A stretch of 63,979 nucleotides of DNA, filler included, from Choristocarpus tenellus KU-1152 (GCA_964200185.2; 11 parts of 11 records of this genome joined end to end with filler, not necessarily neighbours in it); one strand, 5' to 3'. Shown: positions 12,923-24,957, numbered from the whole stretch's first letter. Made by a program: numbers and translations. The notes: generated by a model not told the origin, from the sequence alone.

Positions 12923-13181
12923 GAGCCAAAATATCTTAGAGGGTAGAGCCGCGTCCATTTAGGGGCCAAAATCCAATGTTACGATTTTGACGTAATTTTG
13001 GCTATCGTGTTTGTTAAGAAGTGTCAATATCCTTGTTCCGGACACACCTTTTCATAACGTATACATTTTACCTACTCCGAAACATTTTGGAGTGGGAAAA
13101 TGTCATAAAAAATCCCATGGGAAGCCAAGATCCAAATGGAAAAACTGGGCAGAACTGGTACCCTCTAAGATACTCTCACTC
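12923..13181 (+). mobile_element. MITE family A, complete (259 bp), AGAT target-site duplication
   Basis: TIRs GAGCCAAAATATCTTAGAGGGTA / TACCCTCTAAGATACTCTCACTC with AGAT on both sides. Removal restores the ...TKMPWLQ... frame of the mariner. Confidence 0.92.
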
Positions 13182-14059
13182 AGATGCCTTGGTTGCAGGG
13201 GAAGTATGTTGTCGTTCAGCAAGACGGTGCCACCCCCCACACGGGTAAGGGCAACTCAGAAATCTTGTCAGGGACAGGGAAGACTGAGGGGTGGTCGATT
13301 AGGCTTTGACGTAGCCATCTACCTCCCCCAACCTCAATATCATGGGCCTGTCTATGCTTCTTCAGGTCTTTGGATTGCCGCGTAAAGGGGGAGCGGTTTG
13401 AGTCCGTCGAGGAGATGGTGAAGGTCGTTAAGAAACAGTGTGAGGAGTATGATGAAACCATAATTGAGAGGGCTTGGCAGCTCCTTCTTGTGTTGTACAA
13501 CCAAGTACTTAGATACAAAGGGGGGATGACTTCAGTGTGGAGCACACAGGGGTAAGAAAGAGGCAGTTGTCTGGTGACCTTGAACACACGCCGAAGGTAG
13601 ACATGAAAGGTCTTTTCTGTTTCTCATAAAATTGTGATGGATGGGGAGTAATAATAAAGTAAAGAGTCGACCCTAACCAGAAAATTCGTCAAGGATTCCA
13701 AATCTTCTTGCAGAAATGAATTACACCAACATCTTCAAAGTTATGGACAACACAAAACAGACTTATGGCAAGAAGGTAGTATATTGGGGGGAGGAAATCC
13801 CGCAAGAAGAGCTACAAGTTGGGACACTTTTTTCGCCCCCACATCAATGATGGAGCTACTCCTTTTGCCCATGACATCCTGATAGTGACCATCATGAACG
13901 TTCAAATAGGATCCTCACTGCACCACATCAGTTCTATGTTGCTTTCAACTCCCTTTATTGTACAGCACAGAAGATCTTGCCACTGAGCCTGGTATCCGTT
14001 TCGTTAGCACAAAGAATTACAACTATTAATAAATCTCAATACGAAAAACAACCCCCAAT

Positions 14060-14313
14060 GAGTCAAACCAACTGAGAGGTAGACAGGGTTGCATTTGAAT
14101 GATCCCGAAAAAGCCCAAAAAGATTACATTTTGTACAATTGCAGAAAGAGCCTTTGCTGAGTTGTGGTGTCACCTTCACTGTGGAAAGGGGGAATATCAC
14201 TTTTGTGTACACTATTGTGCACATAAAGAAGTGTAATAGGGACAGGGTAAGAAAGATGACTTAGAAGACAAAATGGTCCAAACCTGTCTATCTCTTCTCG
14301 ATTGGTTTGTCTC
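14060..14313 (-). mobile_element. MITE family C copy
   Basis: Imperfect TIRs GAGTCAAACCAACTGAGAGGTAGACAGG / CCTGTCTATCTCTTCTCGATTGGTTTGTCTC. The subterminal sequence resembles 22111-22335 in reverse. Confidence 0.6.
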
Positions 14314-14479
14314 AATATTAAGATACTACTTGTTCTTCAGGACTGAAGAATTGAATAACTTGATCAAAATTCAAATAGGCAAATGTGCCAGGTGCACACT
14401 ATTGAGAACTTTGAAAGAGTGGAACGGACTGCTAAATCACACTACTGTGCACACTGGAAGAGTATCTAGCGTCATTGAT

Positions 14480-14596
14480 GAGCCAAAGTATCTTAGAGGG
14501 TAGAGCCGCGTCCATTTGGGGGTCAAAATACAATGTTGTGATTTTGATGAAATTTTGGCTATCGTGTTAGGAAGTGTCAATATCTATGTTTCGGAC
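14480..14596 (+). mobile_element. MITE family A, 5' half
   Basis: GAGCCAAAGTATCTTAGAGGGTAGAGCCGCGTCCATTTGGGG..., truncated. Confidence 0.85.
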
Positions 14597-14658
14597 TTTC
14601 GGTTTCAGCCAGAACACAGAGGGTCAAAAAAGAGTCACAAGTATATTTTGTTTGTAGT

Positions 14659-15153
14659 GAGTCAGTGTAAGCGAATGGTACCCAGGACTGAGCCAAAGTA
14701 TCATGGAGGGTAGAGCCGGGTCCATTTGGGGGACAAATCCAACGTTGCGATTTTGCTGTAATTTTGGTTATCGTGTTTGCTAGGAAGTGTCAGTATCCTT
14801 GTTCCGGGTACACCTTTTCATAATGTATACATTTTACTATTCGGAAACATTTGGAGTAGGAAAATGTCATAAAACCCCCGTGGGAAGTCAAGCCCCAAAA
14901 GGATAAACAGGGAAAAACTCGTACCCTCTAAGATACTTTCACTCGTCTTGGCCGTTTTGCATTTTAAGACAGTTTTCAATCTTATGCAATTCACACACAT
15001 TTCTATGGATGAAGTGCTAAGGTTGACTTGAGAGTATTGATTTCTGTATTATTTGAGACATTTCGACAGAATTCAAAAAAGACCCTACATCCATTGGTAA
15101 AAAAAGTCAAATTTTGGACATATTGCCTCCATCCTTAGAATGCAACTTGACTT
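14659..15153 (+). mobile_element. MITE family C copy carrying a nested family A element (14690-14944)
   Basis: GGTACCCAGG|A element|GTCTTGGCCGTTTTGCATTTTAAG aligns with the uninterrupted C copy at 22111. The nested A has GACT/GTCT flanks (3/4 match). The right boundary is approximate. Confidence 0.75.
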
Positions 15154-15576
15154 GGTAGTATTATGTATGTGGTAGTGTGTAGCTTGTAGCATCCTCTTAG
15201 TTCAACGAGATTGGAAATCACACAAAACATAGACACTACAAAACAAATCAAGGCAGGAGGAGACAAACCATCGCACTCTTGTTGTTCCATGGGAGCCCTG
15301 TAGGTTCATCCAAGGGGGGGCAACATTGTACAATGTCCTGCATTCACAGAACGACATTACTATACCTACAGAAACCTTACCCTTACACGGGTTAACACTC
15401 AAAGTACAAACTGTGTGAGAGAGTTGATTAAAGGAACATTTGACCTTTCACATCACCCTTACTGCTTTGACGCACCATAAATGTACAGTACAAACTAGGC
15501 TACTACTTACCCTCAAAATAGAAAAAATAGAAAAATGTAATACTTGTCCAAAATCTGCCAAGAAGAACAAACACAT

Positions 15577-15812
15577 AAAATATTGGTCGCTTGCCGACAT
15601 GTCACATGCAAGAAACAGTAGTTCAGAGTGACATCAATCTCCGCAACCAACCCTTCCAAGACAACAGGTTCAACATTCGACAACAAGGTGTTCAAGCTCA
15701 AAATATTGGTCGCTTGCCGAAATGTCACACACGCAAGAAACATCAGTTCAGAATGACATCGATCTCCGCAAGACAACAGGTTCAACATTCGACAACAAGG
15801 TGTTTCAAACTC
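15577..15812. repeat. ~120-bp tandem duplication
   Basis: AAAATATTGGTCGCTTGCCGA...CAAGACAACAGGTTCAACATTCGACAACAAGGTGTT occurs twice. Confidence 0.9.
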
Positions 15813-16869
15813 TGAAAAAAATCAGATCTATGCACTCCCCTCCAAGGGAGAAAAATATACACTGCAATGAACACCACTAGAGATAGTTCTGATCGATCTT
15901 GAAGGGTGTCAGACAGAGTATGTCTCGGCTTGACAGAGGGGTGGTTAAAAAAGACCATTCCAGAATGGATTTTTAAAAAGATAACAAGCTCTAAATGTTC
16001 AAACAAGATAACCCATCATCGACCAATATCAAAGGTAACAATGTATATATATATAGACACTAACCCCGGAATTCCAGGTTGATCCACACAATCGCCAAAC
16101 TCCATTAGTTAGAGATGAAGCACTAACATCACTCAAGAGCAAGGCACTACGTGGTGATGGTGTTTGTCTAGAATGGGTGCTTCCTCGACTATAGAGAAAA
16201 CCTGAAACATCGCCATCTTCTTCCTTGCAGCATATGTACGTGTAGGTGCAGTTCTCATGATAGCCCCATGCGAGATAGTTCACTTGCTTGCCAAGGGTGA
16301 GGGTCACACTGATTCTGATGACACATATCATGTGACAGATGGTCCCCATCTGAAGTTGGTGGCAGGTGTAGATGAAATATACAACGTTGGTCAAAGAAGG
16401 TCAAAGAAGGTCAAAGGAATATAAACCTACAAAATAATAGCCTCTAATCCACCATTAAAAAAAAATAGGACCCCACCTGTCTTCTAACATCCCCAATCCA
16501 CTCAACCTTGGCATCCTTAACAATGCAAGAAATCTTGGCAAGTAATACTCTCGAGTACTGTAGTACCATTTTCCTGGAGTGACTTATCGCCTGCCAGCTC
16601 TCTTTTCTCCTAAAACTCAAAATACTGCACACAAGACTGTATCACCTGCTCCATTACCTGGTCAAGTGACCATTACCTGGTCAAGTGAGCATTCTGCACC
16701 ATTTTAGGCTACTTGTGCCCCAACTCCTGCTTGAATTTGTACATCTTCCGTGCTATATCCTGCATTCACAGTGGGGTATGGGGCAGTGGCAAAGGGGAAT
16801 GTTAGGGAGAGATACCAGTGTTAGGAATGACTGATGATACAATATGAAAAATGCACTGCAGTTGATATG

Positions 16870-17450
16870 GGATGAATACGGTACATTCCGAACATCCATT
16901 CTGTGTCTTGAGTCGTGTTATCATTAAGGAGTTAAGGAAGGTGGTGTGGAAAATGCCTCCTACAAGTCAGTATGAGGAGCAGGTCACTTGGTTAGTGTCA
17001 ATGTCCCTCTTGTCAAGGAATATTTACTGCACACCTCTGACCATCCTATATGCACAAAAAAATACTGTGAAGGAAATAACAAAATTCAAAGGCATGCACG
17101 GATGCACTTGTGGACAAGTGGGAAGCTTGAAGCAACCCTGGAACGGCAACAGCTTTTATTTCACTCGACACTCAATTCACAAACTCACAAATTTTCTGGT
17201 ATCAAAACGATTGCCATGGGAATTGCATTGTGGTAACACAGAGGGATTTCGTCTCTTGCCAATAGTTAATGTTCCACTACGGTTTTGGAGAACTAACACT
17301 TAACCAACAGTTGTTGTCCTCCAAGGCACCTTGTACATATTATTTCCCCCAAATACTTGCATTCTAGGGTGAAGTCAATGGTACCATCAGCCTGTCAAGT
17401 CAACCAAGGCATGGTACACAAGGGGCTGTTGGTGTGAGAATGGAAAGAAG
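16870..17450 (+). mobile_element. Possible very old pogo/Tigger-type (DDE_1) transposase relic
   Basis: Fragments VVWKMPPT, HARMH and ILFPPNTCIL...KAWY occur in the order expected for FWxMxP...AWM...LPPNxT...KAxY. It is heavily disrupted. Confidence 0.25.
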
Positions 17451-18156
17451 AAGCAATACACACCATGAGGTCTTGCTCCACGTTAAGGAGCCTTTTGCTT
17501 GAAATATCCAAATCCCTCTTGCTCAAGGTCTCGGGCAGAGCATCAATTAAACAATCAAGGCTGTCCAGGTACTTGTTCCTTATCTTCCCTAGGAACACTG
17601 GCTGTTTATGTGACACCACCTTCAAATCATTGCATTCTGTAAGCTGTTCGCATAGGCGGGGCATAAATGGCAGAGATATGAATATACAATGCAATAAGGA
17701 TCATGGGCAAACGATTGTAGGGGTGGCTCTGAAACAAGCTGCCAAACAGAGAATTCCAAGGTCAAAGGGACTGTGGCATGCACAGTTATGTCGTTGTGCA
17801 AGTCTTTCACATCTCTTGCACTGGCACTGACACAGGTCAGTTTAATGTCATGTGATTGGCAAGGACCTCTACAGGCTCAAAAGTACCTGCACTTCATGTG
17901 CTCAGTATATCCAGCAAAAACATGGCAAATGGAAATACAACACTGCGGAAAGATGATGCTCAATTCTCTCATGATCAAGCCAACAAGTCTGCATACGGAT
18001 GCTCAATGAAGAGACGGAGGTATATAACTATGTATAGTATCCGTTGTTGTACACACGACCTATTAGCACAATGAATTGATTTCTTGTTTGTATAACAGCA
18101 TGGTCTGTGCCACGAATCGTAATCAAAGTATTTACTTATTTGAATTTCTCTTACCA

Positions 18157-18326
18157 GGCTCAAGGTATCTGGGGAGGAGTGACGGCTGTCCATTTTGGGC
18201 CCATTTTTCCATGTCACAATTTTTTGTTGCCTGTGCCAGATGGATAATGGAAGTGCACCTTTCCTAGTCAGGGCCCAAATGGACACCGACGTGTAGACCC
18301 CCACCCCCTTCCAGATACTTTGAGCC
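18157..18326 (-). mobile_element. MITE family B, complete, ACCA target-site duplication
   Basis: ACCA|GGCTCAAGGTATCTGG...CCAGATACTTTGAGCC|ACCA. Confidence 0.92.
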
Positions 18327-19649
18327 ACCAACACGAAAATCCTATCAGTGTACATTATCAATCTCTCACCAGTATTCTGATGGTGTTGGCAGAATTTGCC
18401 GTCCTTGTCATGAAGTCCTTTACATCTGGTCTTTGATTGCCTTCGTCTGTGTAGATGTCATCGCACTCCTGTCAGAGAAGAAATGAAGATGGGAATCCAA
18501 CAATGGAATATACTGTTACTTGTTACCCTTTATGTTTGAATGTGCAAGTTAGACAGAGATTACACACGTTTTCTTTTAAAGGAGAAATCATATCCTTGCA
18601 GATAATGAAGTGTCCAATACCTCATTATAAAGTAATGTGAAGTCCCAAGATCTTGGATATGGCTTTGGGATGGACAAGGTGGAATTCAACAAAAAAGAAC
18701 ACAGGAAAAAGAAATTTCAGCTGAATCACATCAAGATAGTAAATAAACTTGGGAGGGTCGAGAGATCTTTCAAGACGCTGACAGCCTTGGAATGACATCC
18801 ACAGTCCCTCAGCAAAATGGATTCAGCACGTTTGCATCATTTTTCCACCCTCCTACACTAAGGAAATATCCTGACCACCTCCTTACCCTTTCCAAAAGAA
18901 ATTCAAAAGACCTTCATATACTCTCTTATCCAGAGTGATGAAATTCACACAATACACATTAGGTCCACCTTTGGGCGCCAAGCCTTCTGTCCAAATTAAA
19001 CCATAGTCAAAAATGTACCAGAATATGAATCACTACAAACTCTATAACACGCATATCCTACCCGTTGCTTGGTGGACATGACTCTACGGTTGTCCATACC
19101 AGTCCTTTTCACAGCATGCATGTTATACCTTTATTATTAGTTCAATGTACCACATTTCACGTGTTTTGTATGAGGTATTCTTGCCACAATCTCTGCTATC
19201 GACTTACAATTCCAAGGTCCGCACTTTTATATGATGCCTCTCATATCTAAGGTAAGCTCCCACAATAACATCCAGAAGGGGAGGGGAGAGGTCACAGGTA
19301 CGTCGACAAGAAGTAGAACGTAAGGGGCACTGATCTTGTGCTATTGTACATGGTCCTACAGTTTAATCGATGAATCCTAACCACAAGTCCTCTGAAGTGA
19401 TGACAAAACAGAGCCCACCATATTTGCGATGTAAAGAGGGGGGGTTAACAACGAGCGATTCCAAAATTGAGAATATACGATTGAAATCAAGGTAAGGTAA
19501 GATTGTAAGACGAGAGCCATCCAATTGGCTAAATGTTCTACATACTAGGTTGATGAAGGGTATTGGTTTGAGTGGTGTCAATGAAATGTTGCTTTTCTGA
19601 ACTAGTATTCACCTGACTCTCGAGCAATAAAATTAATCAAGCACAAAAG

Positions 19650-20230
19650 TATCACCTGGAAGAATCCTTTGAAAACATCTCCGTATTTCTCGTTCACAAT
19701 GCATTCATTGGCATCTCTGCCAGGCACAAGAGCTGTCCAGAAGTATTGAGGAAAGCTATAACCGCAAGCATTGACGAATTCGTCTTCCTCCTTCTCCGCC
19801 CTACCCTTCATCCTCTTCGTTGTATCCGGCACAAATATTTTGATATTCTTCCTAGTCTCCTGGTGTCGCCCCATTTTATTATCTTGTGCTTCGAGTGTGG
19901 CAAAACGCCAACAGTCTGCCCCACACCACAGTGACGAGTAAAAAGGAAAGGTTTGTGGAGTCGGCTGCTTCCAAGAAAGCTTGCCAGGTGGGTATTGTCA
20001 CGATCTCAAGACAATATACTTTTCGTTTCGAACGTGGTGATTAGTCAACTCGTTGCTCAAAGCAGGAAAATTGCGGAAAATTACACCACACAAAGTTGAT
20101 TCATGTTGCAGACTTTCTTCACATGTGCAAAGCACAACACGTGATCTTGCAATTTGCACCGCATTTGCCGAAGATAGAACCTCGCCCACAGACCCCTCAA
20201 AAACGTGTGAAAGGTCTTACGACACCTTGA
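19650..20230 (-). pseudogene. Disrupted SANTA-like + Myb/SANT-like coding relic (KNL2/M18BP1-like architecture, tentative)
   Basis: VFEGSVGEVLSSANAVQIARSRVVLC...TLCGVI...IPTWQAFLE, then EEDEFVNAC...FWTALVPGRDANEC...KY. An in-frame stop and a frameshift are needed. Confidence 0.3.
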
Positions 20231-21867
20231 ATCGAACTCTATTGAAACTGCTGCTCACATATACACTGAGCACTCGACAATAAGTGTACAATCCTTGCTG
20301 GAAAACTACCACAACAAGGTGATAGCTAGGAAAATAAGTAATTCACGTTGAATCTTGTTTTCCTGGGAAAGTGGTATGAAGGTGAGCACCCCCATGTGGT
20401 AAGGTCCTCCTGAGGGGGTGGTTTCAAGGATAAACACAGTAGTTAAAACAAGACCCACCACTTNNNNNNNNNNNNNNNNNNNNNNNNNNNNNNNNNNNNN
20501 NNNNNNNTTAATTAATTAANNNNNNNNNNNNNNNNNNNNNNNNNNNNNNNNNNNNNNNNNNNNAGTTGGTAGAACTTCTCCTCTTCCCCCCACCCCCAGC
20601 ACAGCCCCTCCAGGTTTACCCAGGCATACCCCTCTACTGTTCCTTTCCTCCAGCCGCTGCTGAAACATTGTGACTAACTGGAGGAGCTTCCTCTTTCTTC
20701 CCTGACACAGCACCCCCCTTTCACCCATACACACATCTGCCCGTGCAAGAGGCTTGCAATACCCCATTCTGGTCATGGAAGGTTGCATATCCCATTATGG
20801 TTGCTGCAGGTGAGACACGAGAGCACTCAACAAGACTGTTACAACCTGTTTGACCGAGATGAGTGTAGATTTTGTGCAAGTGAAATGCTGCAGAGAGAGC
20901 ACGAAGAAGTGACTCCAATGTGAGGACCAAGCACCCAAGAGTATGTTGCTTTGACACCCAGAAGTGGAAAGGCATCTTTGCATAGTTCATCTGAGGAACA
21001 GCTATGAACGCAGCCTAGCAAACATAGCGTAGATGGATGAAGGAAAGCCCTTTCGTCTATTTCCCCAAATAAAACTTGACCAGCACCCTCACGCCACCCG
21101 TTCTCTATGGTAGGAAATAGGTCCAAAAATGAAATTTACTGAGACAACTGTCTACAAATTCCACTCCTGCACCTTGAAAGGGATCCAACCGCACTAGGGA
21201 AAATGAGTGCAACAGAGTGGCAAACAGGACCAGCCTGACAACAAAATTCAATTGCAGCAGGGGCTTGGTGCAACAAATGAAAATATCCTCAACATTCCCT
21301 GCCAAAAGTGCAGCACCAGGAAAGACCTGTACTGCTGAATGATGCCCCTGTGTACCGTTTGTTAGGGTCATAGAACCTTCAAGAGCTTGCAGTGTTGACC
21401 GCCGTAAAACCTGGGGCACTCTCCCTTAGAGCAATAATGTTAACAGTGCCAATTCTTAGGAGCATGTTCCCAAAATCTTAAGCCTCATTGTGTACCTCCC
21501 TTTTCACTTGCTCATTTCACTGCAACCACCAGGGGTTTCATTAACTACGCTATGTAAATGGTTGTCTAATAAGATTGATTTAAAGTCAAGATTAAATTAT
21601 GGCAAGGGCAAGATTAAAGTAGAGAAGTTCACAACAAGTCTGCACCCATATACATCCTTCTGATATGCCATGGAAGTCTACTTAGTCTAAGCACGGCACA
21701 AAAAAATGTGTGTTAGAGATTCAATATCTTGACCACCTCACAATTTACACCACACACAAACACAAAACACTCCTGCCGCAAAATCTGCAGCAACTGGATT
21801 TGTACCAGCGACAAATATTTTTCAGTTCAGCACCCAAAATGTGTGCTTCAAGTCAGAACCTAGTAAT

Positions 21868-22045
21868 GACCCAAAGTATCTGGGGGGGTGGGGGTTCTAC
21901 ACCAAGGTATCCATTTGGGGAAAAATCGGGAAAGTGCATTTTCATTATCCATCCGATGTATGCAACCAAATCACCCAAAAAATCGCGATATGAAAAAACT
22001 GACCCCAAATGGACAGCCGCCACCCTCTCCCAGATACTTTGAGCC
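21868..22045 (+). mobile_element. MITE family B, complete (178 bp), TAAT target-site duplication
   Basis: TAAT|GACCCAAAGTATCTGGG...CCCAGATACTTTGAGCC|TAAT. Confidence 0.93.
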
Positions 22046-22110
22046 TAATACCATTTTAGAGGCTGAGGACAACTGTGCGGATTATGAGCAAAGGGCAAGA
22101 GCAAGACATG

Positions 22111-22335
22111 GAGTCAAACTAAACGAGAGGTACCCAGGTTTTGGTCCTTTTGCATTTTAAGCCAGTTTTTTACTCTTTTTTCCATATTTGTATGGATGAA
22201 GGGTTAAAATTGACTAGAGAGCGTCGATTTCTCTGTTGTTTGAAATTTGTAGACTGAACTCAGAAGGTTCCCAAAAAGCATTCGTAAAAAAAGTCAATTT
22301 TTGCAACCCTGGGTACCTCTGGTATACTTTGGCTC
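22111..22335 (+). mobile_element. MITE family C, complete
   Basis: 28-bp TIRs with 4 mismatches: GAGTCAAACTAAACGAGAGGTACCCAGG / reverse complement GAGCCAAAGTATACCAGAGGTACCCAGG. No clean TSD. Confidence 0.8.
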
Positions 22336-22388
22336 ACAACAAAATCGGAGTGATACTGCAGGTGTCAAAGGACACAATTTTACTTTTT

Positions 22389-22632
22389 GAGCCAATGTAT
22401 TTCAGAGGGCAGGGATGCATCCGTTCGGGGTCATGAATCCAATGTTGCGATTTTGATTAAATTTGGCTATCCTTGCTCCAAACACACCTTTCATGGTCCT
22501 ATACATTCTGTCTACTCCGAAATCCGAAATGTTTATACAGAAAACCTGAAAAGGGCATAAAAAATCCGTGGGAAGTCAAGCCCCAAACGGAAAAACATGG
22601 CAAAATTCCTATCCTCTTAAATACTTTTGCTC
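22389..22632 (+). mobile_element. MITE family A, diverged copy
   Basis: GAGCCAATGTATTTCAGAGGG...TCCTCTTAAATACTTTTGCTC with TTTT/TTTC flanks. Confidence 0.8.
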
Positions 22633-23400
22633 TTTCAAGTGTACTCAAAAGGGAAGCTCATTCCCTGGATAATCCTCATTGCACACCTGCATGTTCTGCC
22701 TTGTGATGAAAAATGTCTGTTTAGAAATGTGTGGGTTGTAGTACTTGCCCCTCATGATCTTTGCCACAAAATTATGGAAGAAAGAAATCTTTGCCTTCTT
22801 ATAATCTTCTGTTCCGACATCCTGGGCCACAAAACGAATAGGGGCAAAGGAGGGTCAAAACTGTCAAACTAGGTGTCCAAGGGAGGACTACAACACTCCA
22901 AGCGGTCGTTGAGGTTGGAGTAAGGGAAGTGGGAGGTATAGTACAGATCACTATTTTTATTTTCCGTCTTCTACACATCCAGCACATACTACTGTGCCAA
23001 CTAATGGATTTATGCTGAGGCTCTATCACAAGTATATTTATTGTTGTGAAGAAGTTTGGTGTTCACTAGGATCTGACAGACCAATCCAACTAAGGATTTA
23101 CACAAAGCACAGGGCTGCACTCCCATCTGAGTGAGGCTTCCCTAGTGTTTGACTCTTCTACGCCACCTTGATTGATGGTGGATGCGTTCCTCGTTTCAGG
23201 AAGAGCACAGATACAACTGTCTACTGCAGACTATAAATCAACATAGTATGCAGTGCTCTGGAGGAGTGCTTTATGATTGTGTAGACCTTACAGTATAGTC
23301 CCTGTACTTTTAAGTGCCCTTAACTACCTGCTGGGTGTCTGCGATGTATGTAAACTAGATGTAGTATGTTACTTGTTGGTGGTACACATACACACATATA

Positions 23401-23404
<4 letters not shown>

Positions 23405-23433
<29 letters not shown>
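23405..23433. repeat. (TG)n microsatellite
   Basis: Perfect dinucleotide run. Confidence 0.95.
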
Positions 23434-23765
23434 CGCTCTGCAGGTGCTTTGTTTGTAATAAGAATGGACTAGCTTCGTGATATAGACAAGGCCAAGAAGA
23501 ATTCCTGTTGCAGAACATTGGTGGTATTTGTTGTCACTTGTTGTACCACAATGGTCAACTATGATGCTTGCAGTCTTTTGGAGGTATCAGATATCTGTAT
23601 GATGTCCTTAGATTTTCAAACACACGCACTATGTAGTACCTCTATTTTTCTACCCTGTAGAGCTACATTCCCTGTCACTAATACATAATAGTTCTATAGT
23701 AACACCTCACATAGATCAAACCGGACTCAACAGCCCCTCCAGCCCCCCAACCCTCGTTCTCTCAC

Positions 23766-24957
23766 ATTTCGAGGCTCTTTCCCACTCCGCCTCATCGCCC
23801 GAAGATTTATCTCATGGTAACCACTCAAGAACCTGTCGAGCATATCCAGATATAGACAGGAAGAGTCAGTTGCTGGCAGGGGTGTATTGGGATGGGTATG
23901 ACATGTTGGTTCTTGGTAAGGGAAACCCCGCATGACTCATATTCTTAGTGACTAAAGTAACTTAAAATACTGTGTACGACAACGCCACCGTACCTCTCGA
24001 AAGACGGAAAGTCAGCAAGACCTTCGTATGGTACTGTGCCCACAAACTGATCAAGGACAGGCTCGTGGCACCTTCTTTGCAGGTGAAACTAGGAAACAAT
24101 TGCACAAGCTTCTGAACAGTGAACAGTGGTAGGGTGAACTGTGTCGTTGGAGTTGCATGGAGACCCTCCCCTCAACTCTCACACCAAGCCATTATAACAC
24201 ATCAAGTACGTTTGAAATACAAAGTAAATTGTGAACATGTCCCTAATCTGTGCGCTGTCTGCTCCAATACGTGTCAGTGATAATTCTCATACGCAATCAT
24301 ACCACTGATAAACAAAGAACACGGTAGGAAATGTCCCTTTCTTTGGAGTCAAGGATGTCCTCAGTCCAATTAAGCTATCAATACTTGCCTCTCTATAGGC
24401 TCACGAACGAAAGTGAAGAGATTCAACCCCGGAGGAGGGAAAGCGGGGCTGTCGTTGATGGGTAAAGGGTTACTGAGCGTCCCGTACTGATAGTACATAA
24501 CGCTTTCGCCCCCGGCCTTTTTGCAAGCCCTGGTCAAATCAGTCCTTGCGCTGGTCCCTCCAGACTTGTATATGTGAAGGTAGGCTAGGTTAAGGATGTC
24601 GCAACTGGTGATCTCATACTCCTTGGGCATATAGCACAGTCTCTGATCCTCGTGGTCGCAAAGGGGGGCCTGATCATGGCACCTGTGACAGGACGCTTGA
24701 TTCACAGAGTTGTCTACGCAGTCATTGCTGCACACACGGCAATCTCCACCGCCCTCAATTCCACACCCTACCATGTCAGGGTCTGAAAGACAAATGGGAT
24801 CGAACACGACCTTCATATTCGCTGTACTAAGAGCTGCACAGCATTCCACTGGACCCATTTGGGAGGTCGAACAATTCGTCGAGTTTGGTAAGCAACTGAC
24901 GAGTGGTATAATCGCAACCACAATAATAGATACCACTGTCAGTGGTTGACACATGTT
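23766..24957 (-). CDS. Membrane-anchored carbohydrate sulfotransferase (Sulfotransfer_2-like) with a Cys-rich stem, 3' exons unresolved
   Basis: Exon 24957-24389 has a hydrophobic anchor (LTVVSIIVVAIIPLV), a Cys-rich module, the 5'-PSB motif YLHIYKSGGTS and FTFVREPIE. A GC donor (AG|GCAAGT) leads to exon 23832-23766, which completes the 3'-PB motif as REPIERFLSGYHEI. The start ATG is tentative. Confidence 0.85.

Larger units (their letters stand above)
11790..13648 (+). mobile_element. Tc1/mariner transposase pseudogene interrupted by two MITEs, with right terminus
   Basis: HTH-like LAAELGVSEHY...ELTPT, then RWIKP.L, TIYVAETWFYV (degenerate HVDEKWF), VQHKSHIPK.MIIAANAR, ELLPAI*TKMPWLQGKYVVVQQDGATPH, SPNLN (degenerate SPDLN) and FFRSL...YDETIIERAWQ. 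It ends GGATGGGGAG|TA at 13648, resembling plant mariner/Stowaway CTCCCTCC termini. It has several stops and frameshifts, and the left TIR was not found. Confidence 0.85.
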
